The position numbers and the translations under genes are program-made. DNA of 56,746 nt. It comes from a virus. Taxonomy: Duplodnaviria; Caudoviricetes. How positions within the stretch are numbered: position 1 is the stretch's first letter; every line of letters begins with the position of its first letter. Below the pieces are notes generated by a model that was given only the letters and a program-made list of their open reading frames with translations, was not told where the DNA came from and did not search any database. Positions 18,316-28,303 of the stretch are shown here, piece after piece. The stretch is from positions 1 to 56,746 of the IMG/VR virus record IMGVR_UViG_3300031520_000193; one strand, written 5' to 3'.

Positions 18316-18819
18316 TCAGCCGACCTCCACCATGTTCACGGCCACGTTAGCCGCGAAGTCGACTGGGACGGCAACCGGCGGATTGGCCTGCACCGCCGCC
18401 GTCATCGTCCATCGGTCCTCGTACTGATATTCGCCGTTCACCAGCGGCATCTGACGACCATCGTCACAGTAAAGCGGCTGCACTTGGTAAGGCGCGAGGA
18501 AGTCGCACCCCCACGCATCCCGGAACAGGGTGGCGATCACTTGGACGTTGTCGGTTGAGTTCGGGCCGTACACATCGAGCTGGAAATGCACCGCATTTGA
18601 CCGTGCGACGACGCTCATGCCGGTCGCCATACTGTAACTATGCGTCGTGGTGGATAGCTGCTCGCGACGAGCAGGCGTGATGATAACGTGGTCAAGGGAT
18701 GTCGGCTCGGGCACGCGGTTGACCTGCCCAAGCACGACCTCAACGCCATCAGGAAGCACAGCAAGCAGGAACGCCCGCAACGCGGTGATGATCGCGTCGT
18801 CGGTCAGGACAGGCGTCAT
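18316..18819 (-). CDS. Tail terminator/neck protein, module B
   Basis: GQVNRVPEP, QLDVYGP, PLYCDD..QMPL.NGE.QYE.RW. Confidence 0.82.
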   Translation of the reverse strand: MTPVLTDDAIITALRAFLLAVLPDGVEVVLGQVNRVPEPTSLDHVIITPARREQLSTTTHSYSMATGMSVVARSNAVHFQLDVYGPNSTDNVQVIATLFRDAWGCDFLAPYQVQPLYCDDGRQMPLVNGEYQYEDRWTMTAAVQANPPVAVPVDFAANVAVNMVEVG

Positions 18820-19229
18820 TGCGGATGCCCAAGCATTTGCTCCGCCAAAGCGACCTTGCACCATCCCGCCGTTGACCAGTCCTCCAGCACGGCGATGACA
18901 AGCCAATCATAGACGATGCCCGCGAAAGGACCGGTCGGGTCGGCGAATGATACGATATCACCGCCCGAGCGCGTAATGCGGTCGACCCCGGTCAGCTGCG
19001 TGTCGGCGTAGATTGCGCGGGTGGCATTGGACAGGTTCATGCTGTCCAAATGCTCCACCTCTTTCTTGGCCAATGCCTGCGCCTGAATCGTGACTGGCAC
19101 GGGCGGGACATAGGCCGGGACCTGCTTTCCGTTCGCCGCCGTCGTGTACCCGGTGCAAACGCGCACCGTTGCGGCGATGTTCGGGTTGATGCCCCGCGTC
19201 GCGCGGTTGGCGATGGCGCGGACGTTCAC
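18816..19229 (-). CDS. Head closure/head-tail joining protein, module B
   Basis: G.Q.P.Y, GGDIV.F, WLVIAVLEDW..WCKV. Confidence 0.8.
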   Translation of the reverse strand: MNVRAIANRATRGINPNIAATVRVCTGYTTAANGKQVPAYVPPVPVTIQAQALAKKEVEHLDSMNLSNATRAIYADTQLTGVDRITRSGGDIVSFADPTGPFAGIVYDWLVIAVLEDWSTAGWCKVALAEQMLGHPQ

Positions 19230-19681
19230 CGTGTCACCTCTTTGTCGACCGACGCCAGCATGTGACCAGTGTCGACCAGCGGCTTGTCCGAACCTTTCCG
19301 CGCGATCGTGTCCGGTGACAGCTCGGGAGCGTTCGTGTCGACGATAGACTGACGAAGCTGCCCAGCGATACCCTCGCCCATAAGCGCCAGCGCCTTCCCA
19401 CCGTCCCAGTCCGCCTGTTCCAGCACCTTCGCCAGCTTACCGCCCCACTCAGGCGATTTTTCGTTCACCATCTTGGAGAAGAACGGCCGCGCCGGAATAC
19501 CCGCGTTGGGCGCGCCGAAGTTCTGAATAGCCGCCACCATCGCGACGGGCGTTCCATCGGGGTAGGTCGCGCCTTCAAGGAAACCGACCCGAAGCGTACC
19601 CGGATTGCTCACCTTGTCGGCGAGTTTCTTCAGGTACGCCTCCAGCTTCTCCCCGCCCTTGACCGGGCTAACGACCGCCAT
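19226..19681 (-). CDS. Neck protein (HK97 gp10-like), module B
   Basis: VGFLEGATYPDG, IPARPFF, KGSDKPLVDTG. Confidence 0.85.
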   Translation of the reverse strand: MAVVSPVKGGEKLEAYLKKLADKVSNPGTLRVGFLEGATYPDGTPVAMVAAIQNFGAPNAGIPARPFFSKMVNEKSPEWGGKLAKVLEQADWDGGKALALMGEGIAGQLRQSIVDTNAPELSPDTIARKGSDKPLVDTGHMLASVDKEVTR

Positions 19682-20120
19682 AGCCGACCCTGCCGGGGAA
19701 GCCGTAGAACGGGTCGAACGAGGGCTGAGCAACCGGACGATACTGCATCCGCATGTAGGGCCGCACCGCCGCCCAGAAGGCATAGCCGTAGGCCGTCTGC
19801 GCGTACCATGCCGCCGTGCCCGGCTCCACGCCCGCATCAACCGAAACAGACACCGACCCTTCACCCGCCGACGTGACGCGCCCGACTAGGCCAGTCGGCT
19901 TGCCATCGGCCTCCAATGCCCCGCCAAGCGTCGCGAGATGCGCCACCAGCATGTTGAACAGCATCAACCGCCGGTCAACGTCCTGCACGATCGAGCCGTC
20001 GCTGTTGTCGAGATATAGTCCGGCCTGTTGGAACAGAAGCGCGGCGCGCGCGGGCGTCACCCCCGCCAGCTCGGGATAGAGCGTATTCCACGCGGCGTAG
20101 TCGAACACCGCGACGGCCAT
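19668..20120 (-). CDS. DUF4054 head-tail adaptor, module B
   Basis: FDY.AW..LYPE, LVGRVTSA.EGSVSV, WY.QT.YG..FW. Confidence 0.9.
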   Translation of the reverse strand: MAVAVFDYAAWNTLYPELAGVTPARAALLFQQAGLYLDNSDGSIVQDVDRRLMLFNMLVAHLATLGGALEADGKPTGLVGRVTSAGEGSVSVSVDAGVEPGTAAWYAQTAYGYAFWAAVRPYMRMQYRPVAQPSFDPFYGFPGRVGYGGR

Positions 20121-20122
20121 GC

Positions 20123-20560
20123 TCAGCTGTTCTTGCCGGAGTTCACCAAGCCGGGAGTAGCCGCCGCTGCGCGCTTGATCTCGGCATCGCCGTCAAGGCC
20201 GTCAAACCCGGTAGCAACATCGGTCGTGGTCGCAGACGTATCCTTGCGGGCGTCGCCTTCCGACTTGTACGGCTTGATCACGCCATTGAGAAGCGGCTGA
20301 AACGGCTCCTCCAACAGGCCCTTGGCCTTCTCGCCGTCCTTGTAGAGCGCGCGGTTGGACCAGTCCTCGAATACCGCCGCGTCCTGATCGGATAGCGTGG
20401 TCAGCCCGAACCCCGCCGACAGCCCGGTGCCATCGGCGAGCGCGCCGTTCTTGTCGGGGGAGAGGGCGTCAAAGTTGACGTTCGACCCGTTGATGTTGAT
20501 CGTTCGGCCCTGGTGAGTGATGGTGAGGCCGTGCGGGAGCTTGCAAGCGATGATCGGCAT
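20123..20560 (-). CDS. Conserved Bcep781-like protein after the capsid gene, module B
   Basis: ACKLPHGL start; gene order. Confidence 0.75.
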   Translation of the reverse strand: MPIIACKLPHGLTITHQGRTININGSNVNFDALSPDKNGALADGTGLSAGFGLTTLSDQDAAVFEDWSNRALYKDGEKAKGLLEEPFQPLLNGVIKPYKSEGDARKDTSATTTDVATGFDGLDGDAEIKRAAAATPGLVNSGKNS

Positions 20561-20563
20561 GGC

Positions 20564-21589
20564 TTAAATCCCCAACATCTGCGCGATTGCGAGGGGGCGA
20601 CGAATGATCGTGCCCCACGTGCCCGCGCTCATTTTCTGATCGGTCCACGAAGTGTGAACAACGATGGCGTGGGCGCGCGCCTTTTCGGTGAACCCGCCGT
20701 AGGCCGTGTCCTGCCCCTGGTAGCTCGAAAGCCACAGCTGCATCAGCTCGCCGCCCGAAGTCGAATACTCCGGGATCGTTTCGACCTTCATGTTCGGGAA
20801 GTTTTGCTGAATCATCTGGCGCGCGGACACGTTGAACGCGGACAGCTTAGACAGCAGGGCTTCACGGCCCGGCGACAGTACCAGTACCATCTGTGTATTG
20901 CGGTCGATGTTGTTGCCCATCTGCGCGAGCAGCTGAGTGAACAGCGCCAGCACGTCGCGGTATTCTTCGTCGGCGGTGGCGGTGAGAAACGACACGCCTC
21001 CACCCGCCTTGACCGCCGGGGTCGTCGGCGCGATCAGCGACGGATCGTTCAGCGCGCCATAGTTCTGCAAACCGGCAATGCCGAAAGCATAGCTCCGGTT
21101 CTGAAACCGCTGAAACACATACGCCCACGCCGCGTCGAGCTGCGCGTTGTAGTTGATTCCCGCCACGCCCCACATGGCGACCGTGCGTTCACCGTAGCGC
21201 TTGTGCGTCTGATAAGTGAACGACTGGCGCGGGACCCAATTGCCGTTCGCGTCGACCAGCCCGTTGTTGTCGAAGTCGCCGTAACCGGCAACCGAACCTG
21301 CCAGCTCGACGGTCGGGAAGGTCGCGGACAGCGTGGTCCAGTCGCCCTTCTTGACCTCGCCGAACACCACCGCGAACCGCGACGGCGCGGTGACGATCTT
21401 CACCACCTCGGGGTCGACGATATTGGTCAGGAAGCCGGGAATACCCGCATTGGTCTGCGAAACCATTTGCGGTTGGGCGTCCTGCGCCAGCTGGAGGTCG
21501 TCGCGCCAAGAGTCCTGAGCGTAGATCGCCGTGGGCGGGAAGTGTACGCCAACGCGGGCGAGTTCGCGGCGTTCGAGAAGATCGCGCAT
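20564..21589 (-). CDS. Major capsid protein B (DUF2184-like)
   Basis: NAGIPGFLT..VDP, E.KKGDW, GLQNYG.LNDPSL, GTWGTIIRRP. Confidence 0.92.
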   Translation of the reverse strand: MRDLLERRELARVGVHFPPTAIYAQDSWRDDLQLAQDAQPQMVSQTNAGIPGFLTNIVDPEVVKIVTAPSRFAVVFGEVKKGDWTTLSATFPTVELAGSVAGYGDFDNNGLVDANGNWVPRQSFTYQTHKRYGERTVAMWGVAGINYNAQLDAAWAYVFQRFQNRSYAFGIAGLQNYGALNDPSLIAPTTPAVKAGGGVSFLTATADEEYRDVLALFTQLLAQMGNNIDRNTQMVLVLSPGREALLSKLSAFNVSARQMIQQNFPNMKVETIPEYSTSGGELMQLWLSSYQGQDTAYGGFTEKARAHAIVVHTSWTDQKMSAGTWGTIIRRPLAIAQMLGI

Positions 21590-21595
21590 TGTTGA

Positions 21596-22114
21596 TTACC
21601 CCCGAGTCGACATTTTGGCGAGGCCCCCGGCGGGGGCGAAGCTGTCCACGAACCACGCGGTTTCGGTAGCACCGGCTACCGTCGCGCCAGCCGCGCCCGC
21701 GACAGCCGAACCGTCCACGTTGGTGGCGAACAGCTTCTGGCCCGGCGCTCCACCGGCGGCGAGGCGAACCCAAAAGTCGCCACCATCGGCGATGTCGGTT
21801 TCCTGCCCCGCGTACAGCGCCATCGCCGCCGCGCCGAGGTAGCCCTGAATGAGCACCGGCTGAAAACGATGCACGAACCCGATGCGGATTCCGGTCCCGC
21901 CCGGATTGACGCTGACGACCGTTCCCGCGATCGTGTCCGCAAAGCCGAAACGCCCGACGATCAGCCCGCCGGTGCCAGCCTTCCACGACGAATAGCCGGA
22001 CGTGGCGGAGTCCCCCGTGTTGGGGTTGAGCATCGAATGATGCGGGTTGACGCTCGCCCACCCGCCTTCGAGGCCGGGGGCCGGATCGAGCAGCACCTGA
22101 GTCTGAAACGGCAT
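21596..22114 (-). CDS. Capsid cement/decoration protein B
   Basis: FQTQV...PAPG.EG..AS.NP, GDFWV; gene order. Confidence 0.85.
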   Translation of the reverse strand: MPFQTQVLLDPAPGLEGGWASVNPHHSMLNPNTGDSATSGYSSWKAGTGGLIVGRFGFADTIAGTVVSVNPGGTGIRIGFVHRFQPVLIQGYLGAAAMALYAGQETDIADGGDFWVRLAAGGAPGQKLFATNVDGSAVAGAAGATVAGATETAWFVDSFAPAGGLAKMSTRG

Positions 22115-22115
22115 G

Positions 22116-23402
22116 TTAAATCGTCCTCAGTTTGGCGGCGTTGGGGTAGCGCGACGCGAAGTCGCTGCGATGCGTGGTGACCGTGGCGGCGTCCTGCGCG
22201 ATCACGGCGCTGGCCTTGGGCAGCATTCCCACCATCGCCTTAAGCGACGCCTGATCGGCAGTCGCGGGATAGCTGACTTTCGCCGCGTCGAGCGCGAAGC
22301 GGTAGATCGCGTCAGCCGAGTCCATGCCGACCACCGCGCCGACATACGGCTGTACGTCGCGCTTAGCCTGGTCGATCGCCGCCACGCTCGCCGCGCCACG
22401 CTTTTCCGCGTCCGTAATCATGCCCCTGACGGTCGCTGCGTCCATGGCCGGCTTTTTCTTGTCGTCGGGTTCGGCGTCCTTAGCGGTTTTATCCGCTGCG
22501 GCCTGCTCGCGCTTTTTGCGCGCGGCGTATTCTTCATCGGACTCGTCTTCACGCTGATCGGCGGGTTTATCCTCATCCTCGGCGATGTCGTCCTCGTCTT
22601 CGGGAGCGGCCTGAACCGCTTCGATCACCTTGACGAGTTCTTCCACGTCGAGGTCGGCATCGGCGGCGAGCTTGCCCTTGGCCGCGACCGCGACCTTGGT
22701 GGCGAGAGCCTTGGGCGCGCCGTCCATCGCCAGCGACTTGGTGGACACGGTGTTGAGCGCGGACGAAAGGTCGAGCCTCGCATCCTTGGCGAGCTTCGGA
22801 CGGACCATGGCGGCGATGGCCCCCGATACCATCAGCGCCGTGCGCGACTTGAGCTTCATGTGTTCATCTCCGACGACAACATCCGGTCCCGCACGGCCCT
22901 CGATAACGAGCGCCACGTGATTTCCAACGATATCGCGCATCACTCCATCGTAGCGTGAACCGGCGGTTTCGCCCGGCGTCATGTCGGCGCGGTAGCGATA
23001 CGCGCTTGATAGTTCCTTCTGACGATCAGTGCCGATGCCATCGATCTGAGCGCGCTTCCACACCGACAGACTGTTCTGCATGTACGGAGCGACGAACACG
23101 GCATGGCTTCCCGTCGATCCGCAAATCAGTTCTTCGGGAAAGTCATCCGACGATACCGGGACGTGCTCGCTCAGAATCGGGAGGTTGTTGAACGTGGACG
23201 CTGCTTTGGCGAGTTCTTCCGGGTCGCGGAGAAGCTGGTAGATGCGATCGGGATTGAGCCCGAGCATTTCCCAGTCGGGTATCTCCCGACCGCTATACGG
23301 GCACACGTTCGCCTTGGAGATGTTGGACACCTCTACGTGCAGGAAACCGTTAGCGTCGAGCTGGCGGACCGTGGCGCGGTCCATGGCGAAGAGTAGGGTC
23401 AC
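22116..23402 (-). CDS. DUF2213 prohead protease/scaffold B
   Basis: SNISKANVCPY.GREIP, ELSSAYRY.ADMTPG, NHVALV.EGRAG; GTG 23402 with GGAG 8 nt upstream. Confidence 0.92.
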   Translation of the reverse strand: MTLLFAMDRATVRQLDANGFLHVEVSNISKANVCPYSGREIPDWEMLGLNPDRIYQLLRDPEELAKAASTFNNLPILSEHVPVSSDDFPEELICGSTGSHAVFVAPYMQNSLSVWKRAQIDGIGTDRQKELSSAYRYRADMTPGETAGSRYDGVMRDIVGNHVALVIEGRAGPDVVVGDEHMKLKSRTALMVSGAIAAMVRPKLAKDARLDLSSALNTVSTKSLAMDGAPKALATKVAVAAKGKLAADADLDVEELVKVIEAVQAAPEDEDDIAEDEDKPADQREDESDEEYAARKKREQAAADKTAKDAEPDDKKKPAMDAATVRGMITDAEKRGAASVAAIDQAKRDVQPYVGAVVGMDSADAIYRFALDAAKVSYPATADQASLKAMVGMLPKASAVIAQDAATVTTHRSDFASRYPNAAKLRTI

Positions 23403-25945
23403 GCCGCCCACTCCAGCGTCATCGCCGCGCCAGCCTGCACGGTGCAGGTGCCCGCGCTGTAGTCGCCATAACCGGTGGTCGGCGCGGCGAGCAGGAACAA
23501 CTCAACGTTATCGCCGGGGCCACTTCCTAGCGTGACAATGCGGCCTTTAAGCTCAAAGGCATGTGCTGCGTTGTGCGGGCTGGTGTCGTTGGCGCGGACA
23601 TAGTTGCCACCCTTCCAGGTTGCTCCGCTGCCGTCACTAAACCCATCGCCGACTGATCGCAGCGTCGTGGAAGCAGGATCGGTGTGGTCATCCGCGCTGG
23701 TCTGGAGATAGCCTCTGCCGTTGAACGACGAGATGTTGGCGGAGTCGAGCAGGTCCATGGCGAGCGCGACGCCGCGATCAGACGAAACTGTGCCTGTGAT
23801 CTGCGCCTCGATCACAGACTTGATCGGCAGCCGCGCTCCCATCGCTCGGTGGTAGTTGCCCGTGCTGTCCATCGCGAGCGACAGCGTCCGCTTGTGGCCG
23901 ACTCCGATCAGTTCCAAGGTCGGCGTCGGCATTCCGCGCAGGTCCGGGTTGCCGCGCACCGTCATGACCGGATAGTCTGGCTGGATGCGGTTTTCGCCGT
24001 TCGCCTTGCCGGTGAAGGTGCCGCCGACTAGCCGGATTTGCGGTACATTGTCGTTGAGCCCCCACAGCGATGCTTGCGAACCAGCCGGGAGGCCCTGTCC
24101 TAGCGTGATAGTCGGTTCGATGATTTCGAGTAGGCACTTGCCGATGGCGACGTATGCAACGGCGTTCTGCGGGTCTGATCCTGCCACGGTTTCCCCGTTT
24201 TCGGTCCGAAGTTTGCTGAAGCCATTCGGATCGCTGCTACTGATGCGTGTACCGACCCCATGCGTTTCGATGTAGCTGCCGGTGACCGTTAGTTCGTTGC
24301 GCGCCGCCTTGATGTTCTCGACGTTGATGCCTGGGCTGGCGCTGCCGACGGTGATGCGACTGCTCTCCAGCCGGTTGCCGATCATGTCCTTGTTGGCCGG
24401 GCTGTCGTTGAGTGCGTAAGCTCCGTTAACCGCGTAAGCCGCCGAGCCGATGTATCCGCGCACTACGGTTCGGCACGTCCCGTTTACCCAGTGAACCATC
24501 GCCTGCGTGATAATGTCGCCGTCACCCGCCTCTGTGACGTGATCGGTTGAAGTCCATTCATCCGCATTGGAGAATTCTAGCGGGATGTGGGCGTTGATGG
24601 AGTGGGTCCGCACGAAGCGCCCGCGCAGGCCGCCGAACGCAACGAACGCGTATCCTGTACAGCCCAGGACTTGCACGTTCTCGCAGACGTAATCGTTGGC
24701 TTGGAATGGGCTGACGCCATGCACCCGTTGCTGCTGGTCCTGCGTGCCCGGAGTGTTACCGTCGAGCGCACCGGTCTTAGCGATGTCAAGAATGAAGCCG
24801 ATGTCGCGACACCCGGTCGTGCCGAGCGGATCGGTCGTCCACGCCCGTGCGCCCGAGCCGTCGCCACCAGCAAATCCGGTGAAGTTCTTCGCCCGCATTA
24901 TTGTGGCGCCGGGGACGCCTTCGAATGTCATGCCGGACTTTTTGACTACGGAGCGGCTGAAACAATAGCTGCCCGGTGCCGCGCGAACGTGCGAAAGCTC
25001 GGGGTGCTTCACCAACCAGTTGATCTGCGCCTGCCAGTCGGTCACGCCGTCCGGGCGCACGCCTGCCCAGCCGAGCCGCGCGTCGCCGTCGTGATTGCGA
25101 CGCCAAGCGCCCTGCGAACCGCTGGGTTGTTCGGCGGGCGCGACGTAGATCGCCTGGTACGGATCGGCCGCGACCAGAGCGGACATGTCGATGGCCTGCC
25201 ACTCGAAATCGCCGTAGCGCCACTTGTCGGACAGATACGCTTGCGTCCCGGCGGTCAGGTCAGCGACGCGAAAGCCCGCCAGAATGCCGATCGACGCGGC
25301 TTGGAGTCGCAGCTTCGAGTTCGTCGGAAGCTGCCCGAGTGCTACCCGGACTGCCGCGTCGTACTGACCCGCGACGGCCGCATGCGCTAACGCGTCATCG
25401 GCGCGCGATCCGGCGAGCGCGGCGAAGGTTCCGGCTTGGTCACGTGCGGCAGTAACCTGATTTTGTGATGCCGCTGCTGTTGTAGCAAATCCGGCAGCCG
25501 TCGCCGCGTAACCGGACGCTGCGCTCGCGAATACGCCGAGCGGCGAAGTCCAAGTGCCGGTGCCGGGCGCTCCCGCCTTGACGTAGAGGTCGTTGTACAA
25601 CGCGACTGGGTCCGCGTACACCAGCGCAAACGCCTTATCCGCCGGACTTAGATCAGCGCGCAACGCCGCTTGGGTAGCATATACACGGCCGCCGACCAGC
25701 GCACTGACGGTTCCGGTCGCCAGGGCGGAATTGGCTGCCGTGATCGCTGACGTGTTCGTTGCCACATTCGCGGTAAGCGTCTCCGTCGCCGCCGAGATCA
25801 GCGATTGCAAGGTTAGCTGCTTTAGCTGATCAAGAAACCCGTTCGTTGGCGCTGTCGGATTGACGACACGCACCGGAACATAGGCGTTCGGATAGTCCGC
25901 CGGCCCCGCGATCGGGGTGGTCGGGTCCCAGTTCGTTCCGGACAT
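23399..25945 (-). CDS. Tailspike with pectate-lyase-like beta-helix (depolymerase), module A
   Basis: Ala-rich N-terminal anchor, GV.PDGVTD helix-cap motif, repetitive beta-helix-like core. Confidence 0.75.
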   Translation of the reverse strand: MSGTNWDPTTPIAGPADYPNAYVPVRVVNPTAPTNGFLDQLKQLTLQSLISAATETLTANVATNTSAITAANSALATGTVSALVGGRVYATQAALRADLSPADKAFALVYADPVALYNDLYVKAGAPGTGTWTSPLGVFASAASGYAATAAGFATTAAASQNQVTAARDQAGTFAALAGSRADDALAHAAVAGQYDAAVRVALGQLPTNSKLRLQAASIGILAGFRVADLTAGTQAYLSDKWRYGDFEWQAIDMSALVAADPYQAIYVAPAEQPSGSQGAWRRNHDGDARLGWAGVRPDGVTDWQAQINWLVKHPELSHVRAAPGSYCFSRSVVKKSGMTFEGVPGATIMRAKNFTGFAGGDGSGARAWTTDPLGTTGCRDIGFILDIAKTGALDGNTPGTQDQQQRVHGVSPFQANDYVCENVQVLGCTGYAFVAFGGLRGRFVRTHSINAHIPLEFSNADEWTSTDHVTEAGDGDIITQAMVHWVNGTCRTVVRGYIGSAAYAVNGAYALNDSPANKDMIGNRLESSRITVGSASPGINVENIKAARNELTVTGSYIETHGVGTRISSSDPNGFSKLRTENGETVAGSDPQNAVAYVAIGKCLLEIIEPTITLGQGLPAGSQASLWGLNDNVPQIRLVGGTFTGKANGENRIQPDYPVMTVRGNPDLRGMPTPTLELIGVGHKRTLSLAMDSTGNYHRAMGARLPIKSVIEAQITGTVSSDRGVALAMDLLDSANISSFNGRGYLQTSADDHTDPASTTLRSVGDGFSDGSGATWKGGNYVRANDTSPHNAAHAFELKGRIVTLGSGPGDNVELFLLAAPTTGYGDYSAGTCTVQAGAAMTLEWAA

Positions 25946-25954
25946 TTTGTATCC

Positions 25955-27514
25955 TCAGTTGCCGATGGCAATCCAGCGGACATTGCTGCCCGCGCTGATG
26001 GCTTGGTTCAGGTTGCTGGTATCGGCGGTGTAGTTGCATCCGTTCGCCGTGGGTCCGGCGAACAACATCACGATGGGATGCCAGTTGTTGTTCGCTGGGC
26101 CGTCGGCGTTGCCGACCACGACGAAACAAGAGTTCGGAAAGGCGACGGGAAAGTTGATCGCCCCTTGAACGACGTTTGATCCGCTGCCGAGCGGCGTGGT
26201 GCCCCATTTTAGCACCAGGGTTAGACCGCCGACCTGAAACGAAACCGAGCCTGAGGCCCCGATGGTCCCCGATAGCATCGCCGCCGCGAAAGCGGTCGTC
26301 GCTAGGTTCGTCGAACTGTCGCCTACCGCTGGCGTCGGCGCGGTCGGCGAGCCGGTAAGCGCCGGAGAGACCAGAGGAGCCGCGCCCGATACGTCACTAA
26401 CCCCAAGCGTGATCGCTCCGGTTCGGCCAACGACCGATGTTACTGGAGCGGACAGCGATCCGACCAGCGACTGCACGAATGCCGTCGTCGCGACCTGCCC
26501 GGTATTCGTGCCGGAAGGAGCCGTGGGGGCGGTCGGGACGCCGATGAACTGCGCGTTCAGCAACGGGCCTGATAGGTCGAACGCGCCGTTCGCGCGTCCC
26601 CGTAGCCAGCCATATTGCGTTGAACCGTTCGTCGCCGTGAACTGGAGATAGGCCGCGTCTGGATTGTTCGCAGCGTCGCGGACTCGCACGCCGCCGTTGG
26701 TGCCCGCCCCTGATGAAGTTCCGTCAACGATGCCCTGAGCCGTAACCGCGCCGGTGAAGACGGGATTGGCGAGCGGAGCCGCGCCCGCCACATCACCGAC
26801 GCCGAGCGTGATCGCGCCGGAGCGACCCGCGACCGAGATCACCGGCGCGTTGGGGATGTTGCCGAGCAAGCCCGACGCCGGAATGATGTTCGTACCGGGA
26901 TAGGCCGCAATGTTCGACTGAGCGACCGTCGTCTGACCCGCCGCGACCGTCACGGTCCAAAGACCAACGCACCCGGCGTCTGGAGCGGGGGTCTGCTGCG
27001 ACCCGGTGGTGCCCGCCGCGCCGGTCTTGATCGTCAGCACGCACATGCCCGCGCGCGTTGTGCTCTGTGTCAGGCCATTCCCGCCCGCGCCGCTCAGCGG
27101 TTGGGTCGGGTTGGCCGAGTTGTAATATGGGAGGAGCTGCGGGGTGGTGTCCTGATCGGCGTAGGTGCCCTGAATAAGATACACGACCGAATTGCCCGCC
27201 GTGGTCGGCGCGGGCGTCGGGAAGCTGATTGCGTCGGTGTGTCCCTGCTTCGTGACGTTGTGCGCGCTATCTGCGGGGAGTGTGGAATAGGCCGAAGCCT
27301 CAAATGGCTGGACCGAGTAGATTTCGCCACTCGCCACATTCACCGATAGGGCGGGCGCTGACGGGGCCTTGCAGGCCAAGCCCGACACGGAAGCTCCCGT
27401 CGTGCCCAACACCGCGCCCGCGAGGCGGCCAAGCCCCGCCATGGCGAACTGGTTGGTCTTCAGAATATCCGTTTCGAGCGGGATTGCGCCCGCGTAGACC
27501 GTAGCCCGATCCAT
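25955..27514 (-). CDS. Tail fibre, module A
   Basis: MDR..VY.GAIPLETD start, PTAPT..ATTAF repeats, KWG..FPVAFPN..WIAIG end. Confidence 0.88.
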   Translation of the reverse strand: MDRATVYAGAIPLETDILKTNQFAMAGLGRLAGAVLGTTGASVSGLACKAPSAPALSVNVASGEIYSVQPFEASAYSTLPADSAHNVTKQGHTDAISFPTPAPTTAGNSVVYLIQGTYADQDTTPQLLPYYNSANPTQPLSGAGGNGLTQSTTRAGMCVLTIKTGAAGTTGSQQTPAPDAGCVGLWTVTVAAGQTTVAQSNIAAYPGTNIIPASGLLGNIPNAPVISVAGRSGAITLGVGDVAGAAPLANPVFTGAVTAQGIVDGTSSGAGTNGGVRVRDAANNPDAAYLQFTATNGSTQYGWLRGRANGAFDLSGPLLNAQFIGVPTAPTAPSGTNTGQVATTAFVQSLVGSLSAPVTSVVGRTGAITLGVSDVSGAAPLVSPALTGSPTAPTPAVGDSSTNLATTAFAAAMLSGTIGASGSVSFQVGGLTLVLKWGTTPLGSGSNVVQGAINFPVAFPNSCFVVVGNADGPANNNWHPIVMLFAGPTANGCNYTADTSNLNQAISAGSNVRWIAIGN

Positions 27515-27541
27515 GCGCTTCTCCTATTTGACGAGCCTTGA

Positions 27542-28303
27542 TCAGGCGAGGACGATGGGACCGGTGCTCAACGTGAACGGGTTGAGGTCAAAGGTGACCG
27601 GCCCCGCATCGCTCGCCAGCGTGCCCGTGCTGGCGTTGGTCATGTTCTGGATGGTCAGGACGACCTTGATCCCGGCGGGCCTGTTCCGGTCGACGCAACT
27701 CATGATGTCCGCGTCGCTCACGAGCACGCCGACCTGCGACAGGGTAGCGTAACCGATCGTGCCCCGACCCCAGCCACCGGTCGATACGCGCCATCCCGCG
27801 AACGGCGGGACCAAGGCGTTCACCGAGCGATAGACGGTCAGAAATGCCTCGTTGGGCACCGCCAGCGACCCATAGGCTCCAGCGACACCATAGCCGAGCA
27901 CGGGGCCGCGATAGGCACCCGCGTCGCGGACATTCCAAGGCTCGAAAACCGAAGGGGGCAGTCCGGTGAAGTCGGTAACTGCCGCGATCAATCCATGCCG
28001 GGTCGCGCGCTCCCGGAATAGTTCTCTTTCGATCCTGGGCCGGTAAGCGGCATCGGGCTCGCTCACCCTACGCGGCAGGGCGTTGCCCAGAAAATCGCTC
28101 CCGATCGCATCTAGCCATTGGTCGGAAGCGGTCGCAATCCGGGTCTGTGCGGTTACGTAGGTGAGCTGTCCATAGGCTCGCGCCATCACCGCCGCGATGC
28201 CGCCAAGCACCGCGTTCAGCAGCGGTGACGTGTCTCCAAACCATCGTTTCGGGACCAGCGCTTTCAGGCGACGAAGCTGATCGCCAGGATTTCCAATCGC
28301 CAT
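27542..28303 (-). CDS. Baseplate wedge gpI-like protein, module A
   Basis: QTRIATA..WLD.I..DF.G, RERATR. Confidence 0.82.
   Translation of the reverse strand: MAIGNPGDQLRRLKALVPKRWFGDTSPLLNAVLGGIAAVMARAYGQLTYVTAQTRIATASDQWLDAIGSDFLGNALPRRVSEPDAAYRPRIERELFRERATRHGLIAAVTDFTGLPPSVFEPWNVRDAGAYRGPVLGYGVAGAYGSLAVPNEAFLTVYRSVNALVPPFAGWRVSTGGWGRGTIGYATLSQVGVLVSDADIMSCVDRNRPAGIKVVLTIQNMTNASTGTLASDAGPVTFDLNPFTLSTGPIVLA

Noticed and set aside
6058-23402. Module B as a classical tailocin, eCIS or gene transfer agent
   Set aside because: It retains protease, cement, capsid and neck genes, has no eCIS AAA+ ATPase, and has a contractile sheath unlike RcGTA; a tailocin-like role remains only a hypothesis
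25955-27514. Diversity-generating retroelement or invertible fibre system
   Set aside because: No reverse transcriptase, invertase or template/variable repeat pair seen; the internal repeats are ordinary fibre repeats
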